Part shown: piece by piece, positions 8,868 through 18,059 of the stretch
How the letters are laid out: the number at the start of each line of letters is the position of its first letter
Numbering within the stretch: the stretch's first letter is position 1
Source of the DNA: a virus
Taxonomy: Duplodnaviria > Caudoviricetes
Reading direction: 5' to 3' (one strand)
Length of the DNA stretch: 64,000 nucleotides
Virus record (IMG/VR): IMGVR_UViG_3300036987_000310
Location: 1 to 64,000 of that record
Notes under the pieces: model-generated
What the model was told of the DNA's origin: nothing
The model's input: the letters and a program-made list of their open reading frames with translations, nothing else
The model's database searches: none
Position numbers and translations under genes: made by a program

Positions 8868-10544
8868 ATGCCTTCTCTTCTTCAAAAATTGGAAGGGCTG
8901 CGCTTTGACCTCGCGCAAGCAGCTCAACTTGTCGTAGACGAATGGTCCCAAAACGAAGAAGGCTTCGATGAAGACCTTGGGAACGGGGGCGTTTGCGATT
9001 TAGTGTCCCAAGCCATGTCCGGCGTCATATACGGCAAAATTGACAATGTGGAAATTTTGGATGGTGGCCATGACGGCGATGATCATGCATGGCTTATTGT
9101 TGTTGACGCAAATGAAGCTGTAGGGGTCGACATTCCTCCTGGCGTCTACGAAACTGGCGGCGGCTATTCTTGGAAGAAGATTAAAAACGTTGAAATTGAG
9201 CCAACAGATGTTGTTTTGTGGGACATCGACAGGAGAGACATCATGGCAGCTTGTCGAAACAATGACGAAGATGACTTGCGTGCAGCACTGAGTCTTTTAG
9301 AGATACACGTTCGACAAGAGGGGGTTGAAGCTGTTGGGCCTGAGGATCAGGTTGACATGATTGCGTTTGACATGGGGTATCAGGGTGATTCCATGCCGGA
9401 TTGGATTAAGTTTCTTGGGAAAAAGTTTAATGTTGACGTTTTTAGCTCGTGGGATGACGGCAGGAGGTCTCGAACCGCCTCTGTGCTTGATGTTCACATT
9501 TCGAGTGTTGCAGCCAGACGTCCAAACGTGGGGTGGCTGGTTAGCAAAAACGGAGAAATGCATATTCCGTTGCTTCCTGTAGAGGAGACAAATTCTGTAT
9601 ATGTGGCTGACTTCGACGGCCGGAAGGTTAGGTTTCCAAAGAAGACGCTGCAAGCGGAAGTGGATGGGGTTTCGTGGACTTTGACGGATACGTTCATTGA
9701 GGGAGTGGTTGACTCGTTGGACCCATCTGCAATCGACAATGCAGTGCTGATCGATAAAGACCCAGATTTCAGAGCTGTTTTGCGCGTGCTGAACAGTCGT
9801 GGGTTTATAACCTATGGATCTTGCTCCGGACATGCAGATAAGCCGGGGGCGCCGTATATCTCTATGACGGCAGACCCGGAAACGATTAGTCTGCTGAGTC
9901 GGTTAAGCTTTGTGAAGAGTGTAAGGCCGGACCCGGCCCGCCCAGGTGCTACTTTTGTGTCATTTGATCGGACTGTCATTGAAAAATGGCATGAAGTGTT
10001 GGACTACGTTCAATCCATCTTGGGGTCAAAAGACTTACATGCCGAAATAGCAGTTAGGGTTGCAGCTGCGTGGGTCTTCCAGGGGAGATTTGTCTTTCAG
10101 GGACGGACCTACGACATGAAGATCAGATCTGACGGTCAGGGAGCGGTCGTTTATCAAAAATCCCCCAAATGCTTGTTTGCGAAAGATGGGGACGAGTGGT
10201 TTTTGCAAGCGGGCAGCAAAACCATATTTGACGCAGCCATGAGTCATATGAAACATCAAAAGGTCGCTTCTGAAGAACACGACAACATGAGGCTGCAACC
10301 AGGACCAGCCTTTCATCTTCAGCCTGATGGGACCTGGGCCGTGGAAGCCGTGCCACCCGACGTTGCTAAAGAAGCACGTTTTTCTGGCTTTCTTGCCATT
10401 GAGGGGTATTGGTGCGTCGTTTTCGAACTCGGTGGCGAGGCATGGGCACAGAAAGCCGCAGGAGATATGCCGGAAGCTGAAGCCAAATTAGCGTCGATTG
10501 CCAGAAGAATTGCGCGAGTTAATGGCTCCTGTTCCAAGTCCTGA
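8868..10544 (+). CDS. Multi-module hypothetical protein (N-terminal Cys-His-Asp transglutaminase/papain-like segment; LNSRGFITYGSCSGH module)
   Basis: 558-aa ORF with motifs GGVCD…DHAW…VDIP and VLRVLNSRGFITYGSCSGH. The fold calls are inference. Confidence 0.75.
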   Translation: MPSLLQKLEGLRFDLAQAAQLVVDEWSQNEEGFDEDLGNGGVCDLVSQAMSGVIYGKIDNVEILDGGHDGDDHAWLIVVDANEAVGVDIPPGVYETGGGYSWKKIKNVEIEPTDVVLWDIDRRDIMAACRNNDEDDLRAALSLLEIHVRQEGVEAVGPEDQVDMIAFDMGYQGDSMPDWIKFLGKKFNVDVFSSWDDGRRSRTASVLDVHISSVAARRPNVGWLVSKNGEMHIPLLPVEETNSVYVADFDGRKVRFPKKTLQAEVDGVSWTLTDTFIEGVVDSLDPSAIDNAVLIDKDPDFRAVLRVLNSRGFITYGSCSGHADKPGAPYISMTADPETISLLSRLSFVKSVRPDPARPGATFVSFDRTVIEKWHEVLDYVQSILGSKDLHAEIAVRVAAAWVFQGRFVFQGRTYDMKIRSDGQGAVVYQKSPKCLFAKDGDEWFLQAGSKTIFDAAMSHMKHQKVASEEHDNMRLQPGPAFHLQPDGTWAVEAVPPDVAKEARFSGFLAIEGYWCVVFELGGEAWAQKAAGDMPEAEAKLASIARRIARVNGSCSKS

Positions 10545-11448
10545 GCCTATGACAGTTTGCGCAGACTAAATCGCATTTCGCGATTTCTTCCAGTATTTTC
10601 TTCTTCGAGTACAAACCGGCTTTCAATTTCGATATCTCGAACAATTTCTTTTCCCCATTTCTGTGATCGAAATCAAGTCTCCAGTATGAATGCGGCAGGT
10701 TGCAATCTGCGCATGGCTTATCATCCTTCATGTTATTGATGAATTCGTTCAACTCCACCAGTCTCCGCTTTCTGTCGGCGGATCTTTTGACTCTGTTATT
10801 CTCGCGCCATTGTCTGGCTGATAGAGCTTTGCACCAATTGCACTCAGATCTTAGTCTTCCATGAGTCTTCCCGAAGGATGTTTCTGGCTTGTTTTCGCCG
10901 CATTTTGTGCAGATCTTAAACGAAGTTCCTTCTGGTGGAACGGGTTCGACATAGCTTGGAAGAAACATCCTTCCGGTCTGTTTGTGGGAAGCTCCGTGTT
11001 TTCTGCTCTCTTCGGCGGACACCAGTTTTAGTTGTTCCTGCGTCCTATCTCTGTGGCAATTGGCGCAGATCACGCGGCATTTAGAAATCTCAGACAAGAG
11101 AGTTGAAGCACTGCATCGGTGCATTCTCGATATAATGTCAACTTTTATACTTTGACTGATATGATCGAAATCAAGTTGAGACCTGTGTAGCGCTTTTTTG
11201 CAAACGGAACACTCCGTCTTTGTCTTCTCCAAAAACCCTGCATGTCTTTGAGACATTTTGCGAGTTTGCTTTAGGCAATTGTTGAGTATACGCTTTCTAA
11301 ATCTCGTATCACTTGCATATTTTTTTCTCTTTTTTTCATTAAAACATTTTTTACATATGTTGTATGCATGTCCGGCAAAATACCTGTTTTCAGTAGTCAG
11401 TTTTTCCCCGCAGTCGCACCTATCCACCATACAACACTTTACACTCAA
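10519..11448 (-). CDS. HNH endonuclease with two HNH-type domains plus Zn-ribbon segments (free-standing homing endonuclease-like)
   Basis: Two copies of CxxC…LDFDH…KC..(I/V)CANCHR.RT (CSVC…LDFDH…KCRVICANCHRDRT and CADC…LDFDH…KCDLVCANCHRLRT). The true start is likely ATG at 11430. Overlaps the 3' end of 8868..10544 by 26 nt. Confidence 0.85.
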   Translation of the reverse strand: MSVKCCMVDRCDCGEKLTTENRYFAGHAYNICKKCFNEKKRKKYASDTRFRKRILNNCLKQTRKMSQRHAGFLEKTKTECSVCKKALHRSQLDFDHISQSIKVDIISRMHRCSASTLLSEISKCRVICANCHRDRTQEQLKLVSAEESRKHGASHKQTGRMFLPSYVEPVPPEGTSFKICTKCGENKPETSFGKTHGRLRSECNWCKALSARQWRENNRVKRSADRKRRLVELNEFINNMKDDKPCADCNLPHSYWRLDFDHRNGEKKLFEISKLKAGLYSKKKILEEIAKCDLVCANCHRLRTWNRSH

Positions 11449-11502
11449 ACACTCGATTGTTTATTCCATCTTGAATAAGACCATTTGTAGGAGCTCTGAC
11501 GC

Positions 11503-12186
11503 ATGAGAACACAAGAGGAAATCAACTCGATCTATTGGAAGGGCGCCGCACCCCAGACTCGGGTTGCGATTTCCCAAAAAAACCGCGTGTTTTCCAAGCC
11601 GTTTGGCGCCAGGACAAAGTGGTTGCAAGTTGGCGTTCTGTCGACTTTTGACTGGTCTGAAGCCAGAACCATCGACCCAGTGCGTGGCGTTGGCTTCGGA
11701 GACCGCGTTCAGGAGCTTGTCCCGAGCGTGACTGAGCCAGCGACGCTGACGTTGAACCGGACTTTGCTCTACACTTCTGGCTTGATGCAGGAGCTCGGGT
11801 ATCGAGGAGGAGTTGACGGTCTTGTCAGATCTCTTCGTCACCACAAGTGGCCGTTTGACATCATGTCTGAACTGGTGTTCTCCGAGTTGGTTACGAAGGG
11901 TGGGCAACTGGCGCCGTTTGCGCAAGGCGTCCCTGCTCAAGCTTCGGCTTTGGACTCTCAGGCGTGCCTGACGACGTTCTTCCAAGGGTGTTGGCTCAAC
12001 AACATTTCCATCAGCTTCCCAGCAGACTCGGCCATTGTTTTGGAGAACTGCTCTGCCACTGCCATGGACATCACTGACGGCGTCAGCAACGTGCCGCAGT
12101 TCTACAACGACTCCATCCAGTCCGGAAACAGCCCGTTCATCGCCGACGAAGGCGGGTCCATTCTGTTTACTGGCGTCAACGGCTGA
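11503..12186 (+). CDS. Tail tube protein
   Basis: 227 aa with tube-like pattern (VGVLSTFDWSEARTIDPVRGVGFGDRVQELVPS…LTLNRTLLY…FQGCWLNNISISF). Positioned between sheath and tape measure. RBS TAGGAG. Confidence 0.82.
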   Translation: MRTQEEINSIYWKGAAPQTRVAISQKNRVFSKPFGARTKWLQVGVLSTFDWSEARTIDPVRGVGFGDRVQELVPSVTEPATLTLNRTLLYTSGLMQELGYRGGVDGLVRSLRHHKWPFDIMSELVFSELVTKGGQLAPFAQGVPAQASALDSQACLTTFFQGCWLNNISISFPADSAIVLENCSATAMDITDGVSNVPQFYNDSIQSGNSPFIADEGGSILFTGVNG

Positions 12187-12199
12187 TCCATCCAGCATT

Positions 12200-12248
12200 T
12201 GTTTTACCGGTAGGGTTGACACGGACACTCAACCTGGCTGGTAAAACA
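12200..12248 (+). promoter_or_regulatory. Long intergenic hairpin abutting the start codon of 12248
   Basis: GTTTTACCGGTAGGGTTGA (12201-12219) pairs with TCAACCTGGCTGGTAAAAC (12229-12247): 19 positions, 1 mismatch, 3 G-U, 9-nt loop. No U-tract follows. Confidence 0.65.
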
Positions 12249-13123
12249 TGGACGAAAATTTTTTCAAACAACTTGATGAGGCGCTTACTAGCGTGGGCGC
12301 TGACAAGTATTGGGAACGAAAGATCGGGGACCATACGGTTTGGCTTTCTCCAGTTCCGTTTGACAGTCAACACAAAATCAATGAGTTGTTGACAAACGAG
12401 AGCCTTGGCTCAAATGTTATCGCCGAAATCAAGCGCACAACTATTTCGTATGCGATCGTCGGGTTTGATGGATTCGATCTGCGTCCATATAGAAACGAAA
12501 CTCCCCAGTTTCCTGTGTTTGACCATCGCGAGAAGAAAAATGTGAAAGTCGCCCTTCACAGATATGTGTACACTAAGATGGGCGAATGGGGCACGGAGTG
12601 GGTCGATTCTGTGTTCTCAGTTTTTTCCGACATTCTCGAGTCTATCAGGAAAGAAAACTTGAAAGAAGTCAAGTTTGAGAACGCGAAAGACCAGAGAGAA
12701 GAGTTGGCTGAACTGGAGGAAAAGGTTCACGATCTTCGCTTGGAACTTGGCATGCCTCCTCTAGTTGAAATGAAAGACGAGGACGAGGAAAAACCTGAAG
12801 AAAAACCAAGTCGGGACGAAGTCAAGGAAGAGGAACCAGCGTTCAATCCGTTCCGAAAGATGCCGACTTCTGCTCCGGAGAATGTTTTGGCGGACGCCAC
12901 TTCACACGTTTCAAACGCTCCGGTGCAAATTCCGAATGTTCCTGTGGCGGAAACTCTTGTCAGACCTATCCTGATTGAGGGGGCCACAAGCAGTCCGGAA
13001 AAGCCATACGTTGCTGGTCAAAACAGCGACGTGCTTGAGCGGCGTCCAGCCAGGGAGGCAGATCCTCCTATTCAGATAGACCCCGTTCGTCAAAGCGTGA
13101 ACCCGAGATTTAAGCCGGGGTGA
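12248..13123 (+). CDS. Probable tail assembly chaperone (acidic, Pro-rich C-terminus)
   Basis: Lies between tube and tape measure. The function call is by synteny only. Confidence 0.55.
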   Translation: MDENFFKQLDEALTSVGADKYWERKIGDHTVWLSPVPFDSQHKINELLTNESLGSNVIAEIKRTTISYAIVGFDGFDLRPYRNETPQFPVFDHREKKNVKVALHRYVYTKMGEWGTEWVDSVFSVFSDILESIRKENLKEVKFENAKDQREELAELEEKVHDLRLELGMPPLVEMKDEDEEKPEEKPSRDEVKEEEPAFNPFRKMPTSAPENVLADATSHVSNAPVQIPNVPVAETLVRPILIEGATSSPEKPYVAGQNSDVLERRPAREADPPIQIDPVRQSVNPRFKPG

Positions 13124-13125
13124 CC

Positions 13126-14283
13126 ATGTCCGGCGCGCAAAATGGGGATCCGACCAAGCGCCGCGTTCAGATAAAAGTTCCTGAACTCTATCGGGATGTC
13201 GATGAAAGAGTTTGGAAAGACTTGGAAGAATACCTTTTCACTGGGTTTCTTTCAAGTCCAGCCAAGCTTCTTAACAGGGACTTTGTGTTCAAGACTCTGA
13301 ACCATCAAGAAATTCGAAACATTTGGCATTTGCGTCGATCCGCGGATCCTGAAAGATCTTTTAAAGCTGCGTTCATCGCGTACAGCTTATTCATAGCGAT
13401 GGGGAGGAACGTGCTGCACAAGCGTCCTGATTATATAGAAAAATTGATTGAGCTGGTTTCCAAGATCCCATCTGCATATCAGGACAAAATTGTCGACAAT
13501 CTAAACTCTCTCAACAAGCGAGCAAACAGATTGTATCCGCTTGTCGAAGTATACGCGCACGAAAATAGATCTCGCTACAGATGGCTGTATCTCAAGAAGC
13601 TTCCTGTGCATTCCACCGAAGCAACTGGAATTCCCGGGACTGTTGAACTGGGGATGAATTATTGTCAACAAACATGGGTGGCGATGAACGAGGTAATAGA
13701 CAGGAAAGAGGAAGTTGAAGTTTCTTGGAACCACGCGAAGTTTATCGGATCGTGTTTTGCTGGGAAGGGGATGATATCCATCGATGAGCAAGACAAAGCT
13801 CGTCGCAGTCGCGAGCAACAAGAGCTTGAGGAGAACAAGATGAAAGTTCTTCGCGAGTACATTGCCGCGTCTGAGGGCAAAAACCTCGTGTCTGACGAAG
13901 GAACTGTTTCTCTTCCGGACGGAAGGCGTGCAGTGGTTGAGGGGCGCTTCAAAGCCGAATCTGTGGAAGAGCTTGCAGATCAGCTTTCGTCTGCTTTGTC
14001 TGGAGAGAAGGACTGGCATGACAAAATTGTTGAAGAGCATTTCCGTCGCGCCAGGGAAGCCCAAGAAAATTACCACAACCAAAGCAGAAAGCTTGCGGCG
14101 TCTTCTCGCGTCGTGGACCCGGGAAGGCCGGCCACCGGGGGCGCTCGAGTCCTGAGCCGAGAGGACGCGGACGCTTACGTTCAAAGAATGCAAGCTTTGA
14201 TGATCCGCCCTGTTTCAGAGCCCGTGTCTCCTCCGGACATGGATGTTGACCGTTCAGACATGAGAAACAAGCAAAATGGCTGA
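13126..14283 (+). CDS. Probable second tail assembly chaperone
   Basis: Immediately before the tape measure gene and overlaps its start. ATG 13126 (the track uses GTG 13120). The function call is by synteny only. Confidence 0.5.
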   Translation: MSGAQNGDPTKRRVQIKVPELYRDVDERVWKDLEEYLFTGFLSSPAKLLNRDFVFKTLNHQEIRNIWHLRRSADPERSFKAAFIAYSLFIAMGRNVLHKRPDYIEKLIELVSKIPSAYQDKIVDNLNSLNKRANRLYPLVEVYAHENRSRYRWLYLKKLPVHSTEATGIPGTVELGMNYCQQTWVAMNEVIDRKEEVEVSWNHAKFIGSCFAGKGMISIDEQDKARRSREQQELEENKMKVLREYIAASEGKNLVSDEGTVSLPDGRRAVVEGRFKAESVEELADQLSSALSGEKDWHDKIVEEHFRRAREAQENYHNQSRKLAASSRVVDPGRPATGGARVLSREDADAYVQRMQALMIRPVSEPVSPPDMDVDRSDMRNKQNG

Positions 14284-17200
14284 TCAAACCACTCTGTCGA
14301 TTGGCGTACAATTTGTAGCTGATTCTGCGTCAATATCGAAGATAAATCGAGAAACCGACAAGCTTCGAATAAGTCTTGAAAAAAGACTTCGCGGGATGGG
14401 TGTGGACTGGGGCAAGGTTGCGAAAAGCGCAATTGCCGCCACCAGCGAAATCAACGCTATATCTGATTCGGCCGCCGTGTTCACTAAAAAGTTAAGTGCG
14501 GCAACAATAAGCAGCGTCAGTCATTTGAAAAAGCTCGGGGATCAGCTTGAACAAGCAAAGCGCGAGGCAGAAGAGCTTGCGGCTGCATTTGACGCAGCTG
14601 ATGCTGGGGCTCAAGAAGGCATCGCTAAGCAGATGGGGGAAGCTGCAATAGCAGTGCGTAATTTGACTCAGTCAATAGACTTGGAGCGCATAGCGCGGCA
14701 CAAGGAAGTCAAGGAGCTGGAGAAAGTCGTAAAAATTCAGAAAAAATATCAAGACAGGGTTAAGGAAGCCATAAAATCCGATTCTGGGGACATATTTGAG
14801 GGTGTGAAAAATAAGATCTCCGGGGGAAGCCTGAAGGGATTGTTGGGGGATCTTGGCGGCGGCATAAAGAAAAGCATCATGGGCGGAATCGCTCGCAGAG
14901 GAGAAGCCAAGGCTGCCTCTGCAAGTCTCGCTGCTGGCGGAGGAGAAGCCGGAATGGCTGCTTCGGCGGCAGAGCTCGCCAAAGCCGGGAAAATGCTCGG
15001 CGCAGCCGGCTTGGCTCTCGGCGCAGCCGTGGCTGGCTTTGCCGCGTTCATAGCGCTTGTGAAAGCGGCAAGCGATCACATGACTGGATTGAACAAGGCT
15101 CTTGTTGATGGCGTCGGGATAGCGAACGACATGGTTGGATCAGCCGGTGACTACAAAAGCGTAATGGACGGTCTCCGAAATTCTGCGATTGACGCTCATT
15201 ATAGCATGCTCAAATTCGGGAAATCTTCTGAAGATGCCCTAAAAATCGTCAATGCTTATGCAAAGACATCCACGGGGTCTTTAGCACAAACAAGCAACAC
15301 CCTGAAGCAACTTGGAGGGGACAAAGGTCTCCAGATGTTTGCTCAGAACGCAATCGTGTATGGAAAAGCTCTTGCCATGGAGGGGACGGAAGTTGCTTCC
15401 ATGATGGGAGATTTTCAAAGTGAAATCGGATACGGTGCAAAAAATATAACTGGTCTTATGGACAACATCGTTACGTCAGCTGCCACCGCAAACATGCCTT
15501 TATCCAAATTCATGAACATATTCCGTCAAGTAACACCTGATGTTGACTTGTTTTCAAACAGAATGGAACAGTTGACTGGCATCATTAAGATGCTTTCCAA
15601 AAACATGAGCCCTGGGATGGTAAAAAAATTCATGGACGAATTTTCCAAGGGTTTAAAAGGAACTTCGTTTAAAGACAGACTTCGCATGATGTTTACAGCT
15701 GGTGGTCCGGGAGTGGTGGGAAATATTTTGAAAAAAGATTTTGCGAAAACTGCCAGAAGCATTGGTGCCCAGTTTGACGAATTTGGCGAGGGGTTTGGAA
15801 CCAAGTTTCAAGATGCTGCAAAGGGCGGCGAGGGGGCTATGACGAAGTTTTTGGCCACAGCTGCGGCTGCAGCCGCAAAACAAGGAAAGCAACTTTCCGG
15901 CGCGCAGCGTGAAGCTGCCATGCGCCTCGCGTTTTCCGAATCTCAACGGCAAAAGGGTGGCCCTACTCACACAGCGACCGCCATGAAAGGAGCCAGCACC
16001 TGGGCTGCGTATCAAATATCAAGAAAACAGTCTTCATTTGGTGGAACGAAACTTGGAGAGGGCATAAACGAACAGGTTCTGGAAAATTTGGGATGGAGTC
16101 AAGCAAAAATCGATTTGATGAAGGTGATAGAACAGTCTGCAGCGCAAAATCAGGAAGAGCTTCGTCGGTTTGGAAAAACATCAAGCAGGTCCACAAATGA
16201 AGAGTTGAGAAAACTCATTGCTATTCAAAAGTATGGAAACGCAAGCGCGGAAAGTCTTGCGAAAGTTACATATGATGACATGAAAAAAGCTGATGAAGAC
16301 TTGATTTTTGAAGCCGCGGAAGCTTCAAATCAGGAAAAAGACTCAGCTACGAAAATGATGGATTTGGCGACGCAGCAAGCAACTGCAACAATGTCTGTCG
16401 GGGATAAACTGGAAAACATCATCGGTTTTTTACTCGAAAAAATTTACAATGTGTTGCAACCGCTTCTTGATATTATTGATGACATATGGTCTTGGCTTAC
16501 CGGAAGCGAAGACCAGAAAAAGATGATAACTGAGATGCAGTCATGGCGGGATGATACAGTCAAGGGGTATGAAGGCACTGCAGCTGCAATCAGAGAAAAA
16601 GCTGAAAAAACAGGGGAAATGGCGGCGGAGTCAAAGGACCCTAAAGAAAAAGAGCGTTTGTTGAAAGAACAGGAAGCTCTTCAACAAAAAGCTGCCGAGC
16701 AATCTGCGCTTGCAGAAGAAATGAAAATGTTCGGAGAAAAGGTCCAAGAAGCTGTTAAAGGCGGGGCCACTGGTGGGGACCTGGTTAGACAAACCATAGA
16801 CTACAAAACTCTAAGTGATAACTGGAGTGATGTTGCTAAAATGATTGAAGGATCCGACACATGGAAAGGTGCACAAGCAAGATTATCTAGTGATGAAAGA
16901 GACGCTTTCAAAAGAGCTAGAAACAGCACAAGTCTTGCCGGAGCTGGCTCGGAAGACGTCAAACTCATTCAGAATATTCTTGGAAGAGATCGAGACATGG
17001 CTAACGTCATGACGCTTGGTCGCATGAAAGTTGCCAAGGGCCCCAGTAAGGAAGCTGCTGCAAAAGCAGGGTACAAGGGGGCAACTAGGAGACCCGGGTC
17101 TAAAGACGCTAAAACATATCTTTCTGAAGAAGAGAGAAAACGCGCTGAAGAAGCAAGCGACGTTGAAAATCTCGTGGACTTAACCCCAGAGCAAATGAAA

Positions 17201-18007
17201 GGGAGTGTCAGGATAGGTGGAGCAGAAAACTTCAAGGATAGATTGAACTCAACGGGAGTTGACACCGTCAAAACCAAAGATCAACTGGGAGCAGCGGGAG
17301 TCAGTGTTGGTGCAACTACTGGTGCGACTGGAGAACAATTCGCAAAGATAGCGGAAGCTTCCAAAACAACTTCCGAAACAAGCGCGTCGAATCTTGAGAA
17401 GTCCGATTCCATGGTCGGGCTTCTCACTGCCATAAAAGCTGCCACGGAGTCAATCAACGTCCAGTCCATGGGGGTGTCCATGCATTTGGGCGACATTAAA
17501 CAGTTCATGAAGGGACCCGGCATTCATCTCGAAAAGAGCAAATGGAAGAACAATTCTGTTGAAGCCATGCGCTCCATGTTTGACGAGGTTCTTGAAGAAG
17601 AACTCACTATGTTCCTGTTTTCTTTGATTCAGTTCATGGACGAAGAAGGAAAAGCAAATAGGCAGCTTGTTCTTGGCGACCCCGGGGCAAGAGCTAAACT
17701 TATCGGAAAAGGCGGCGGGATCAGCACCCTTGCCGGAGGACAATTCACTGATTTGGCCACGCGCCCGGGACTGCTTCCTAATCCTTTGAAGCTTGGTGGC
17801 GGTGCCCCGACCAAAGATTTTGGCGGGGAGATTCCTGTAACTGGGATATACCGGCTTCAGAAGGGGGAAACTGTTACGCGAAGAGGAGAAAGTAGTGGAA
17901 AATCTACTACAGTGTCCGCCACGATCAATGTTAATGGGGCCAACGATCCGCATCTCGTGGCCGCCATTGTTAGAAACGAAATTTACAAACTTTCTGAGAA
18001 ACACTGA
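14276..18007 (+). CDS. Tape measure protein
   Basis: 1243 aa, Ala/Gly/Lys-rich and helical, with a hydrophobic LGAAGLALGAAVAGFAAFIALV segment and a TMP-like C-terminus (GGEIPVTGIYRLQKGETV…TINVNGANDP). Follows tube and chaperones. Confidence 0.85.
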   Translation: MADQTTLSIGVQFVADSASISKINRETDKLRISLEKRLRGMGVDWGKVAKSAIAATSEINAISDSAAVFTKKLSAATISSVSHLKKLGDQLEQAKREAEELAAAFDAADAGAQEGIAKQMGEAAIAVRNLTQSIDLERIARHKEVKELEKVVKIQKKYQDRVKEAIKSDSGDIFEGVKNKISGGSLKGLLGDLGGGIKKSIMGGIARRGEAKAASASLAAGGGEAGMAASAAELAKAGKMLGAAGLALGAAVAGFAAFIALVKAASDHMTGLNKALVDGVGIANDMVGSAGDYKSVMDGLRNSAIDAHYSMLKFGKSSEDALKIVNAYAKTSTGSLAQTSNTLKQLGGDKGLQMFAQNAIVYGKALAMEGTEVASMMGDFQSEIGYGAKNITGLMDNIVTSAATANMPLSKFMNIFRQVTPDVDLFSNRMEQLTGIIKMLSKNMSPGMVKKFMDEFSKGLKGTSFKDRLRMMFTAGGPGVVGNILKKDFAKTARSIGAQFDEFGEGFGTKFQDAAKGGEGAMTKFLATAAAAAAKQGKQLSGAQREAAMRLAFSESQRQKGGPTHTATAMKGASTWAAYQISRKQSSFGGTKLGEGINEQVLENLGWSQAKIDLMKVIEQSAAQNQEELRRFGKTSSRSTNEELRKLIAIQKYGNASAESLAKVTYDDMKKADEDLIFEAAEASNQEKDSATKMMDLATQQATATMSVGDKLENIIGFLLEKIYNVLQPLLDIIDDIWSWLTGSEDQKKMITEMQSWRDDTVKGYEGTAAAIREKAEKTGEMAAESKDPKEKERLLKEQEALQQKAAEQSALAEEMKMFGEKVQEAVKGGATGGDLVRQTIDYKTLSDNWSDVAKMIEGSDTWKGAQARLSSDERDAFKRARNSTSLAGAGSEDVKLIQNILGRDRDMANVMTLGRMKVAKGPSKEAAAKAGYKGATRRPGSKDAKTYLSEEERKRAEEASDVENLVDLTPEQMKGSVRIGGAENFKDRLNSTGVDTVKTKDQLGAAGVSVGATTGATGEQFAKIAEASKTTSETSASNLEKSDSMVGLLTAIKAATESINVQSMGVSMHLGDIKQFMKGPGIHLEKSKWKNNSVEAMRSMFDEVLEEELTMFLFSLIQFMDEEGKANRQLVLGDPGARAKLIGKGGGISTLAGGQFTDLATRPGLLPNPLKLGGGAPTKDFGGEIPVTGIYRLQKGETVTRRGESSGKSTTVSATINVNGANDPHLVAAIVRNEIYKLSEKH

Positions 18008-18029
18008 TCTTGACTAGGACCGTTTTTCC

Positions 18030-18059
18030 TTGGTAGAGTTCATTCATGAGCTCTACCAA
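18030..18059 (+). promoter_or_regulatory. RNA hairpin sequestering the start codon of GIY-YIG 18046
   Basis: TTGGTAGAGTTCA (18030-18042) pairs with TGAGCTCTACCAA (18047-18059): 13 bp, one G-U. The AUG spans the loop and 3' arm. Confidence 0.75.

Noticed and set aside
11461-12228. 255-aa - strand ORF
   Set aside because: Antisense shadow of the tail tube gene.
13060-13130. Programmed -1 frameshift between the two chaperone genes (lambda G/GT-style)
   Set aside because: No XXXYYYZ slippery heptamer is evident near the end of 12248..13123, and the second ORF has its own ATG right after the stop.
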